Below, piece by piece: positions 11,105-20,334 of a stretch of DNA of 32,000 bases. Source of the DNA: Pseudomonas aeruginosa (GTDB lineage: Bacteria; Pseudomonadota; Gammaproteobacteria; Pseudomonadales; Pseudomonadaceae); NCBI RefSeq assembly GCF_001457615.1, contig NZ_LN831024.1, positions 5,730,001 to 5,762,000 on the forward strand. The letters are read 5' to 3'. A program made the translations under genes and the position numbers. A model generated the notes under the pieces. It had not been told where the DNA came from and did no database searches. It was given only the letters and a program-made list of their open reading frames with translations. How positions within the stretch are numbered: the stretch's first letter is position 1; every line of letters starts with the position of its first letter.

Positions 11105-11128
11105 CGCCGTGCGTTCCGACGCACGGCG
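11105..11128 (+). promoter_or_regulatory. 10-bp perfect hairpin in the region between the SPOR gene and hslV
   Basis: cgccgtgcgt-TCCG-acgcacggcg; not followed by a T-run. Confidence 0.6.
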
Positions 11129-11138
11129 GTGCGTGCGG

Positions 11139-11165
11139 TTGAAAAGCCGCGGATCGCCCCTATAT
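11139..11165 (+). promoter_or_regulatory. Candidate heat-shock (sigma32/RpoH) promoter of hslVU
   Basis: TTGAA at 11139-11143, 13-nt spacer, CCCCTATAT at 11157-11165, about 50 nt upstream of the hslV start. Resembles the RpoH consensus CTTGAA-N13-17-CCCCATNT. Confidence 0.7.
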
Positions 11166-11212
11166 CTCCCAGCATTCCGGGCATTCGGCCCCGCAGTGTG
11201 GAGATTTCCCCC

Positions 11213-11746
11213 TTGACCACCATCGTATCTGTCCGCCGCAACGGCAAAGTCGTCATGGGCGGCGACGGCCAGGTTTCCCTGGGCAACACCGTGATGAAAG
11301 GCAACGCCAAGAAGGTCCGGCGCCTGTATCACGGTCAGGTACTGGCCGGTTTCGCCGGCGCCACCGCCGATGCCTTCACCCTGTTCGAGCGCTTCGAGCA
11401 GCAATTGGAGAAACACCAGGGGCACCTGGTCCGCGCCGCCGTCGAACTGGCCAAGGACTGGCGCACCGACCGCTCCCTGAGCCGCCTCGAAGCCATGCTC
11501 GCGGTCGCCAACAAGGATGCCTCGCTGATCATCACCGGCAACGGCGACGTGGTCGAACCCGAACACGGCCTGATCGCCATGGGCTCCGGCGGCGGCTTCG
11601 CCCAGGCCGCGGCCCTGGCCCTGCTGCAGCACAACGCCGAGCTGAGCGCTCGGGAAGTCGCCGAGACCGCGCTGAACATCGCCGGCTCGATCTGCGTCTT
11701 CACCAACCAGAACCTGACCATCGAGGAGCTGGACAGCGCCGTCTGA
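11213..11746 (+). CDS. hslV: ATP-dependent protease subunit HslV (TTG start, 177 aa)
   Basis: (M)[38 protein letters not shown] with the N-terminal catalytic Thr; TTG at 11213 gives the canonical N-terminus, unlike the longer ORF call from 11129. Confidence 0.95.
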
Positions 11747-11774
11747 AGCGCTCGTCCCCCGCTGGAGTAAACGA

Positions 11775-13118
<1,344 letters not shown>

Positions 13119-13124
13119 CCACCG

Positions 13125-13154
13125 CCGCCGCCACGGCCAACACCGTGGCGGCGG
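13125..13154 (+). terminator. Strong hairpin after hslU (12-bp stem); terminator-like but without a T-run
   Basis: ccgccgccacgg-ccaaca-ccgtggcggcgg perfect inverted repeat, 6 nt after the hslU stop. Confidence 0.5.
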
Positions 13155-13212
13155 GCCGCGCGGTCCCGAACCGGGGTATCCTTGTACTCCGCCCTTCCGC
13201 GAGTCCGATGCG

Positions 13213-13584
13213 ATGCGTATCCCTTCCGCCATCCAGCTGCACAAAGCCTCGAAGACCCTGACCCTGCGCTACGGCGAGGATAGCTACGACCTGCCTGCCG
13301 AGTTCCTCCGCGTGCATTCGCCCTCGGCCGAGGTCCAGGGCCACGGCAACCCGGTATTGCAGTACGGCAAGCTGAACGTCGGCCTGGTCGGCGTCGAACC
13401 CGCCGGCCAGTACGCACTGAAGCTGAGCTTCGACGACGGCCACGACAGCGGCCTGTTCACCTGGGACTACCTGTACGAGCTGGCGACCCGCAAGGACCAG
13501 CTATGGGCCGACTACCTGGCGGAGCTGGCCAGCGCCGGCAAGTCGCGCGACCCCGACGAGTCGGTCGTCAAGCTGATGCTCTGA
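13213..13584 (+). CDS. DUF971 / gamma-butyrobetaine hydroxylase N-terminal-like domain protein (123 aa)
   Basis: MRIPSAIQLHKASKTLTLRYGEDSYDLPAEFLRVHSPSAEVQGHG...GLFTWDYLYEL pattern of DUF971. Confidence 0.87.
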   Translation: MRIPSAIQLHKASKTLTLRYGEDSYDLPAEFLRVHSPSAEVQGHGNPVLQYGKLNVGLVGVEPAGQYALKLSFDDGHDSGLFTWDYLYELATRKDQLWADYLAELASAGKSRDPDESVVKLML

Positions 13585-13652
13585 AGCGCCGGGCCGAGTG
13601 CCCCTTCGCGGCACACGGCATCCAGGCGATTTTTCTCCGCTGCCCCGAACGA

Positions 13653-13668
13653 GGGCACGTCATTTGCA
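13653..13668 (+). promoter_or_regulatory. Candidate sigma54 (-24/-12) promoter upstream of phaC1
   Basis: GGGCACG-TCAT-TTGCA: GG (13654-13655), N10, GC (13666-13667), one mismatch to TGGCACG-N4-TTGCA. Lies 335 nt upstream of the phaC1 start. Confidence 0.8.
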
Positions 13669-14002
13669 ACATTCGCCCCGCAGACTGCCAGACCAGACAT
13701 CCGGTCGGCGCGGTCGCCACGGCGAATGTCCTACCCTGCACGGCAGCAACGCTCTAGTCCGCAGGTCGGCCGCTCGCCGGGCCAGCCACGCCGGCCACCG
13801 ATGCTTCTGCCAGCTTGCACGCCAGCGGAAACTCGCGTAACCAAGACGGTGCAGCCCCTTGTCCGGGTTCCCTTCCCTGACGTGCGTCCGCCCCGCCCTG
13901 AAACGTGCGGGTGGGCTGGTAGTCGAGCAGTAGCCGGCCGGACACCTGGTCCCCGGTTTCGTTGCGGTCCCCTGTTTCGCCTCGAACAATGGAGCGTTGC
14001 CG

Positions 14003-15682
14003 ATGAGTCAGAAGAACAATAACGAGCTTCCCAAGCAAGCCGCGGAAAACACACTGAACCTGAATCCGGTGATCGGCATCCGGGGCAAGGACCTGCTCAC
14101 CTCCGCGCGCATGGTCCTGCTCCAGGCGGTGCGCCAGCCGCTGCACAGCGCCAGGCACGTGGCGCATTTCAGCCTGGAGCTGAAGAACGTCCTGCTCGGC
14201 CAGTCGGAGCTACGCCCAGGCGATGACGACCGACGCTTTTCCGATCCGGCCTGGAGCCAGAATCCGCTGTACAAGCGCTACATGCAGACCTACCTGGCCT
14301 GGCGCAAGGAGCTGCACAGCTGGATCAGCCACAGCGACCTGTCGCCGCAGGACATCAGTCGTGGCCAGTTCGTCATCAACCTGCTGACCGAGGCGATGTC
14401 GCCGACCAACAGCCTGAGCAACCCGGCGGCGGTCAAGCGCTTCTTCGAGACCGGCGGCAAGAGCCTGCTGGACGGCCTCGGCCACCTGGCCAAGGACCTG
14501 GTGAACAACGGCGGGATGCCGAGCCAGGTGGACATGGACGCCTTCGAGGTGGGCAAGAACCTGGCCACCACCGAGGGCGCCGTGGTGTTCCGCAACGACG
14601 TGCTGGAACTGATCCAGTACCGGCCGATCACCGAGTCGGTGCACGAACGCCCGCTGCTGGTGGTGCCGCCGCAGATCAACAAGTTCTACGTCTTCGACCT
14701 GTCGCCGGACAAGAGCCTGGCGCGCTTCTGCCTGCGCAACGGCGTGCAGACCTTCATCGTCAGCTGGCGCAACCCGACCAAGTCGCAGCGCGAATGGGGC
14801 CTGACCACCTATATCGAGGCGCTCAAGGAGGCCATCGAGGTAGTCCTGTCGATCACCGGCAGCAAGGACCTCAACCTCCTCGGCGCCTGCTCCGGCGGGA
14901 TCACCACCGCGACCCTGGTCGGCCACTACGTGGCCAGCGGCGAGAAGAAGGTCAACGCCTTCACCCAACTGGTCAGCGTGCTCGACTTCGAACTGAATAC
15001 CCAGGTCGCGCTGTTCGCCGACGAGAAGACCCTGGAGGCCGCCAAGCGTCGCTCCTACCAGTCCGGCGTGCTGGAGGGCAAGGACATGGCCAAGGTGTTC
15101 GCCTGGATGCGCCCCAACGACCTGATCTGGAACTACTGGGTCAACAACTACCTGCTCGGCAACCAGCCGCCGGCGTTCGACATCCTCTACTGGAACAACG
15201 ACACCACGCGCCTGCCCGCCGCGCTGCACGGCGAGTTCGTCGAACTGTTCAAGAGCAACCCGCTGAACCGCCCCGGCGCCCTGGAGGTCTCCGGCACGCC
15301 CATCGACCTGAAGCAGGTGACTTGCGACTTCTACTGTGTCGCCGGTCTGAACGACCACATCACACCCTGGGAGTCGTGCTACAAGTCGGCCAGGCTGCTG
15401 GGTGGCAAGTGCGAGTTCATCCTCTCCAACAGCGGTCACATCCAGAGCATCCTCAACCCACCGGGCAACCCCAAGGCACGCTTCATGACCAATCCGGAAC
15501 TGCCCGCCGAGCCCAAGGCCTGGCTGGAACAGGCCGGCAAGCACGCCGACTCGTGGTGGTTGCACTGGCAGCAATGGCTGGCCGAACGCTCCGGCAAGAC
15601 CCGCAAGGCGCCCGCCAACCTGGGCAACAAGACCTATCCGGCCGGCGAAGCCGCGCCCGGAACCTACGTGCATGAACGATGA
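14003..15682 (+). CDS. phaC1: Class II poly(3-hydroxyalkanoate) polymerase 1 (559 aa)
   Basis: MSQKNNNELPKQAAENTLNLNPVIGIRGKDLL, catalytic Cys box LLGACSGGIT, AKVFAWMRPNDLIWNYWVNNYLLGNQPPAFDILYWNND. Confidence 0.98.
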   Translation: MSQKNNNELPKQAAENTLNLNPVIGIRGKDLLTSARMVLLQAVRQPLHSARHVAHFSLELKNVLLGQSELRPGDDDRRFSDPAWSQNPLYKRYMQTYLAWRKELHSWISHSDLSPQDISRGQFVINLLTEAMSPTNSLSNPAAVKRFFETGGKSLLDGLGHLAKDLVNNGGMPSQVDMDAFEVGKNLATTEGAVVFRNDVLELIQYRPITESVHERPLLVVPPQINKFYVFDLSPDKSLARFCLRNGVQTFIVSWRNPTKSQREWGLTTYIEALKEAIEVVLSITGSKDLNLLGACSGGITTATLVGHYVASGEKKVNAFTQLVSVLDFELNTQVALFADEKTLEAAKRRSYQSGVLEGKDMAKVFAWMRPNDLIWNYWVNNYLLGNQPPAFDILYWNNDTTRLPAALHGEFVELFKSNPLNRPGALEVSGTPIDLKQVTCDFYCVAGLNDHITPWESCYKSARLLGGKCEFILSNSGHIQSILNPPGNPKARFMTNPELPAEPKAWLEQAGKHADSWWLHWQQWLAERSGKTRKAPANLGNKTYPAGEAAPGTYVHER

Positions 15683-15834
15683 AAAGCGACCAGCCTGAAG
15701 AACAGCCGCAGGAGCGATCCGCGGCCTCCGCCGACGAAACCCCGCCAGCGCCTCCGGCGCGGCCCCGTGCCGCGCGGAAGCCGGCCAGGCCCCGTATCGC
15801 CGAGCCCGCGGCCGCGCCGCCGAGGACCCCGAGC

Positions 15835-16692
15835 ATGCCCCAGCCCTTCGTCTTCCGGACCATCGACCTCGACGGCCAGACCATCCGCACCGCAGTGCGG
15901 CCGGGCAAGGAAGGAAGCACTCCGCTGCTGATCTTCAACGGCATAGGCGCCAACCTGGAACTGGTATTTCCCTTCGTCCAGGCGCTCGACCCGGAACTGG
16001 AGGTGATCGCCTTCGACGTTCCCGGCGTCGGCGGTTCCTCGACGCCCAGCGTGCCCTACCGCTTTCCCGGCCTGGCCAAGCTGGCGGCGCGGATGCTCGA
16101 CTACCTGGACTACGGCCAGGTCAACGCGATCGGCGTGTCCTGGGGCGGCGCGCTGGCCCAGCAGTTCGCCCACGACTATCCGGAACGCTGCAAGAAGCTG
16201 ATCCTCGCCGCCACTTCGGCTGGCGCGGTGATGGTGCCGGGCAAGCCGAAGGTACTGATGCGCATGGCCAGCCCGCGGCGCTACATCCAGCCCTCCTATG
16301 GCGTACACATCGCCCCGGACATCTACGGCGGGGCCTTCCGCCGCGACCCCAAGCTGGCCATGGCGCATGCCAGCAAGGTGCGTTCGTCGGGCAAGCTGGG
16401 CTACTACTGGCAACTGTTCGCCGGGCTCGGCTGGACCAGCATCCACTGGCTGCATCGGATCCGCCAGCCGACCCTGGTGCTGGCCGGCGACGACGACCCG
16501 ATCATCCCGCTGATCAACATGCGTGTGCTGGCCTGGCGCATTCCCAACGCCGAACTGCACGTGATCGACGACGGCCACCTGTTCCTGGTGACCCGCGCCG
16601 AATCGGTGGCGCCGATCATCATGAAGTTCCTCGCCGAGGAGCGCCGCCGCGCCGTCATGCACCCTCGTCCGTTCCTGCCCAAGACCGGCTGA
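15835..16692 (+). CDS. phaZ: Intracellular PHA depolymerase (285 aa; an in-frame ATG at 15679 would give 337 aa)
   Basis: Alpha/beta hydrolase MPQPFVFRTIDLDGQTIRTAVRPGKEGSTPLLIFNGIGANLELVFPFV, nucleophile elbow GVSWGGA, C-terminal DDGHLFLVTR; located between phaC1 and phaC2. Confidence 0.93.
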   Translation: MPQPFVFRTIDLDGQTIRTAVRPGKEGSTPLLIFNGIGANLELVFPFVQALDPELEVIAFDVPGVGGSSTPSVPYRFPGLAKLAARMLDYLDYGQVNAIGVSWGGALAQQFAHDYPERCKKLILAATSAGAVMVPGKPKVLMRMASPRRYIQPSYGVHIAPDIYGGAFRRDPKLAMAHASKVRSSGKLGYYWQLFAGLGWTSIHWLHRIRQPTLVLAGDDDPIIPLINMRVLAWRIPNAELHVIDDGHLFLVTRAESVAPIIMKFLAEERRRAVMHPRPFLPKTG

Positions 16693-16828
16693 ACTGCTGC
16701 ACGGGCAACACCAGGGCAGCAGACACTGCTTCGTCATGGTGCAGGTGCATAGTCAATGTTCCGCAACGGCGCATGGCGCCTGGCTTCGCCGCGACAGCGC
16801 AAGCTCTGCGACGCCCCTCCCGGCGTTG

Positions 16829-16844
16829 TGGTACAGCGCTTGCT
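16829..16844 (+). promoter_or_regulatory. Candidate second sigma54 (-24/-12) element upstream of phaC2
   Basis: TGGTACA-GCGC-TTGCT: exact GG-N10-GC (16830-31 / 16842-43), two mismatches to the consensus, in the 303-nt phaZ-phaC2 gap. Confidence 0.45.
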
Positions 16845-16995
16845 GCCCCACTGTCGGGCGGCATCCTCCCTGTTCAGGCAGGTGTGCGGTTCTGCCCCGG
16901 GTGAAACGGAATTCACAGGCTATAACTGAGTATTCCGAGCCAGGGGACGATCGCCCGTGGCATCCAGACTGTGGTCCTACGACGGAGTGTGGTCC

Positions 16996-18678
16996 ATGCG
17001 AGAAAAGCAGGAATCGGGTAGCGTGCCGGTGCCCGCCGAGTTCATGAGTGCACAGAGCGCCATCGTCGGCCTGCGCGGCAAGGACCTGCTGACGACGGTC
17101 CGCAGCCTGGCTGTCCACGGCCTGCGCCAGCCGCTGCACAGTGCGCGGCACCTGGTCGCCTTCGGAGGCCAGTTGGGCAAGGTGCTGCTGGGCGACACCC
17201 TGCACCAGCCGAACCCACAGGACGCCCGCTTCCAGGATCCATCCTGGCGCCTCAATCCCTTCTACCGGCGCACCCTGCAGGCCTACCTGGCGTGGCAGAA
17301 GCAACTGCTCGCCTGGATCGACGAAAGCAACCTGGATTGCGACGATCGCGCCCGCGCCCGCTTCCTCGTCGCCTTGCTCTCCGACGCCGTGGCACCCAGC
17401 AACAGCCTGATCAATCCACTGGCGGTAAAGGAACTGTTCAATACCGGCGGGATCAGCCTGCTCAATGGCGTCCGCCACCTGCTCGAAGACCTGGTGCACA
17501 ACGGCGGCATGCCCAGCCAGGTGAACAAGACCGCCTTCGAGATCGGTCGCAACCTCGCCACCACGCAAGGCGCGGTGGTGTTCCGCAACGAGGTGCTGGA
17601 GCTGATCCAGTACAAGCCGCTGGGCGAGCGCCAGTACGCCAAGCCCCTGCTGATCGTGCCGCCGCAGATCAACAAGTACTACATCTTCGACCTGTCGCCG
17701 GAAAAGAGCTTCGTCCAGTACGCCCTGAAGAACAACCTGCAGGTCTTCGTCATCAGTTGGCGCAACCCCGACGCCCAGCACCGCGAATGGGGCCTGAGCA
17801 CCTATGTCGAGGCCCTCGACCAGGCCATCGAGGTCAGCCGCGAGATCACCGGCAGCCGCAGCGTGAACCTGGCCGGCGCCTGCGCCGGCGGGCTCACCGT
17901 GGCCGCCTTGCTCGGCCACCTGCAGGTGCGCCGGCAACTGCGCAAGGTCAGTAGCGTCACCTACCTGGTCAGCCTGCTCGACAGCCAGATGGAAAGCCCG
18001 GCGATGCTCTTCGCCGACGAGCAGACCCTGGAGAGCAGCAAGCGCCGCTCCTACCAGCATGGCGTGCTGGACGGGCGCGACATGGCCAAGGTGTTCGCCT
18101 GGATGCGCCCCAACGACCTGATCTGGAACTACTGGGTCAACAACTACCTGCTCGGCAGGCAGCCGCCGGCGTTCGACATCCTCTACTGGAACAACGACAA
18201 CACGCGGCTGCCCGCGGCGTTCCACGGCGAACTGCTCGACCTGTTCAAGCACAACCCGCTGACCCGCCCGGGCGCGCTGGAGGTCAGCGGGACCGCGGTG
18301 GACCTGGGCAAGGTGGCGATCGACAGCTTCCACGTCGCCGGCATCACCGACCACATCACGCCCTGGGACGCGGTCTATCGCTCGGCCCTCCTGCTGGGCG
18401 GCCAGCGCCGCTTCATCCTGTCCAACAGCGGGCACATCCAGAGCATCCTCAACCCTCCCGGAAACCCCAAGGCCTGCTACTTCGAGAACGACAAGCTGAG
18501 CAGCGATCCACGCGCCTGGTACTACGACGCCAAGCGCGAAGAGGGCAGTTGGTGGCCGGTCTGGCTGGGCTGGCTGCAGGAGCGCTCGGGCGAGCTGGGC
18601 GACCCTGACTTCAACCTTGGCAGCGCCGCGCATCCGCCCCTCGAAGCGGCCCCGGGCACCTACGTGCATATACGCTGA
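16996..18678 (+). CDS. phaC2: Class II poly(3-hydroxyalkanoate) polymerase 2 (560 aa)
   Basis: MREKQESGSVPVPAEFMSAQSAIVGLRGKDLLTTV, catalytic Cys box LAGACAGGLT; co-linear with phaC1 along its whole length. Confidence 0.98.
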   Translation: MREKQESGSVPVPAEFMSAQSAIVGLRGKDLLTTVRSLAVHGLRQPLHSARHLVAFGGQLGKVLLGDTLHQPNPQDARFQDPSWRLNPFYRRTLQAYLAWQKQLLAWIDESNLDCDDRARARFLVALLSDAVAPSNSLINPLAVKELFNTGGISLLNGVRHLLEDLVHNGGMPSQVNKTAFEIGRNLATTQGAVVFRNEVLELIQYKPLGERQYAKPLLIVPPQINKYYIFDLSPEKSFVQYALKNNLQVFVISWRNPDAQHREWGLSTYVEALDQAIEVSREITGSRSVNLAGACAGGLTVAALLGHLQVRRQLRKVSSVTYLVSLLDSQMESPAMLFADEQTLESSKRRSYQHGVLDGRDMAKVFAWMRPNDLIWNYWVNNYLLGRQPPAFDILYWNNDNTRLPAAFHGELLDLFKHNPLTRPGALEVSGTAVDLGKVAIDSFHVAGITDHITPWDAVYRSALLLGGQRRFILSNSGHIQSILNPPGNPKACYFENDKLSSDPRAWYYDAKREEGSWWPVWLGWLQERSGELGDPDFNLGSAAHPPLEAAPGTYVHIR

Positions 18679-18733
18679 AAGACCCGGCCCGGGCGCCTGG
18701 AGCCGGGCACCTCGATCCCCAGAAGAAGTCCGG

Positions 18734-19351
18734 ATGAAGACACGCGACCGTATCCTCGAATGCTCGCTGTTGCTGTTCAACGAACAGGGCGAACCCAACG
18801 TCTCGACACTGGAAATCGCCAACGAACTGGGCATCAGCCCGGGCAATCTCTACTACCACTTCCATGGCAAGGAACCGCTGGTGATGGCGCTGTTCGAGCG
18901 GTTCCAGGCCGAGTTGGCGCCGCTGCTCGATCCGCCCGAGGAGGTGCGCCTGGGCGCGGAGGACTACTGGCTGTTCCTGCATCTGATCGTCGAGCGCCTC
19001 GCCCACTACCGCTTCCTGTTCCAGGACCTGTCCAACCTGACCGGGCGCCTGCCACGGCTGGCTCGCGGCATCCGTACCTGGCTCGGCGCGCTGAAGCGGA
19101 CCCTGGCCACCCTGCTGGCCCGCCTCAAGGCCGACCGGCAGTTGCGCAGCGACGCGCCGGCACTCGGGCAACTGGTCGAACAGATCACCCTGACCCTGCT
19201 GTTCTCCCTGGATTACCAGCGGGTACTGGGCAGCAAGGGCGAGGTGCGCACGGTGGTCTACCAGATCATGATGCTGGTCGCCCCGCATCTGCGCAGCGAG
19301 GCCCAACGCTCGGCGGAAAGCCTGGCGCAGCGCTACCTGGGACCGGAATGA
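18734..19351 (+). CDS. phaD: TetR-family transcriptional regulator of the PHA cluster (205 aa)
   Basis: MKTRDRILECSLLLFNEQGEPNVSTLEIANELGISPGNLYYHFHGKEPLV, TetR helix-turn-helix; position directly after phaC2. Confidence 0.95.
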   Translation: MKTRDRILECSLLLFNEQGEPNVSTLEIANELGISPGNLYYHFHGKEPLVMALFERFQAELAPLLDPPEEVRLGAEDYWLFLHLIVERLAHYRFLFQDLSNLTGRLPRLARGIRTWLGALKRTLATLLARLKADRQLRSDAPALGQLVEQITLTLLFSLDYQRVLGSKGEVRTVVYQIMMLVAPHLRSEAQRSAESLAQRYLGPE

Positions 19352-19375
19352 AAAACGCCCGGCGAGTGCCGGGCG
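19351..19375 (-). terminator. Rho-independent terminator for the phaI-phaF transcript (minus strand)
   Basis: cgcccggc-gagt-gccgggcg hairpin with an A-tract on the left on + (T-tract after the stem when read on -); abuts the phaD stop codon. Confidence 0.85.
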
Positions 19376-19394
19376 TGTGCCTTGCCGCCAGGAC

Positions 19395-20324
19395 TCAGCC
19401 CTGGCTGCTCGGCGTCGCCGGAGCGTTCGCTGCCGGAGCGCTGGCAGCCGGTGTGGCGGCGGGGGCAGCGGGCGCGCTCGAAGACGCGGCGGGAGCGGCC
19501 GGTTTCGCCGCGGCGGGCTTGGCTGCCGGCTTCTTCGCCGCAGGCTTTTTCGCAGCCGGCTTGGCGGCAGGTTTCGCCGCGGGCTTGGCGGCGGTCGCAG
19601 CGGCCGGCTTGGCTGCCGGCTTCGCGGCAGGCTTGACTGCGGCAGGTTTCGCAGCAGGCTTCGCCGCGGCCTTGGCTGCCGGCTTGGTCGCCGGTTTCGC
19701 TGCGGCCTTCGCAGTCGGTTTGGCGGCGGGCTTGGCTGCCGGCTTGGCGGCCGCGGTTTTCGCCGCGGTTTTTTTCGCCGCGGGTTTCGCTGCCGGCTTG
19801 GCGGCGGCCTTGGCTGCCGGTTTAGCTGCCGGCTTGGCCGCTGCGGTTTTCGCCGCGGGCTTGGCAGCCGGTTTCGCCGCAGGCTTGGCCGCTGCCTTCG
19901 CCGCCGGCTTGACGCTGACGCCGGTGAGTTTCTCGATCTGCTTGGTCAGCGTATCGACCTTGCTGTGCAGCTCCCTCACCTCGTTGCGGCTCGGCACGCC
20001 GAGACGCGAGATGGCGCTGTTCAGGCGCTTGTCGAAAGCTTCCTCGAGCTCGCTCCACTTGCCGAGCGCACGGTCCCGAACCTCGTCGACCTTGCTCTTC
20101 GCAGAGCGGGCGGAAGCCTTCGCCGCACCGACCTGCGCGTCCACATCGGACTTCGCTTCTTTTTCAGCCTTCTCGCCGTCTTTCACCAAGGTCTCGAACA
20201 GCTTGCTGCCGTCCTTGCTGACCTTCGAGTAGGCCCCCAGACCAGCCAGCCAGATCTGCCGCGAGTATTTCTCGATCTCGCCGATCCAACTGGACTCTTT
20301 TTCGCTCTTCTTCTTGCCAGCCAT
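19395..20324 (-). CDS. phaF: PHA granule-associated phasin with histone H1-like Ala/Lys/Pro C-terminal domain (309 aa)
   Basis: MAGKKKSEKESSWIGEIEKYSRQIWLAGLGAYSKVSKDGSKLFETLVKDGE phasin domain, followed by long AAKPAAKPAAK repeats. Confidence 0.96.
   Translation of the reverse strand: MAGKKKSEKESSWIGEIEKYSRQIWLAGLGAYSKVSKDGSKLFETLVKDGEKAEKEAKSDVDAQVGAAKASARSAKSKVDEVRDRALGKWSELEEAFDKRLNSAISRLGVPSRNEVRELHSKVDTLTKQIEKLTGVSVKPAAKAAAKPAAKPAAKPAAKTAAAKPAAKPAAKAAAKPAAKPAAKKTAAKTAAAKPAAKPAAKPTAKAAAKPATKPAAKAAAKPAAKPAAVKPAAKPAAKPAAATAAKPAAKPAAKPAAKKPAAKKPAAKPAAAKPAAPAASSSAPAAPAATPAASAPAANAPATPSSQG
19502..19913 (-). repeat. phaF: Degenerate 9-12 nt coding tandem repeat (AAKP/AAK units) in phaF
   Basis: Translated minus strand: VKPAAKAAAKPAAKPAAKPAAKTAAAKPAAKPAAK... 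continuous over roughly 137 residues. Confidence 0.9.
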
Positions 20325-20334
20325 CCTGCTCTCC

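Noticed and set aside
13665-13926. Short ORFs in the pha upstream gap (for example 13726..14022, 13660..13989 -)
   Set aside because: No recognisable domain and random high-GC composition; treated as leader/promoter DNA.
16753-18846. 697-aa minus-strand ORF antisense to phaC2 (and similar ones at 14210-15673, 11700-13244, 22573-24102, 24970-26637, 27355-29664)
   Set aside because: These mirror well-supported genes. Similarity between the phaC1 and phaC2 antisense ORFs simply reflects the paralogous sense genes.
18760-20232. 490-aa plus-strand ORF with FAAGLAAGFAAGL repeats, resembling a membrane or structural repeat protein
   Set aside because: It is the antisense translation of the phaF AAKP repeat plus an out-of-frame part of phaD, and crosses the phaI-phaF terminator.
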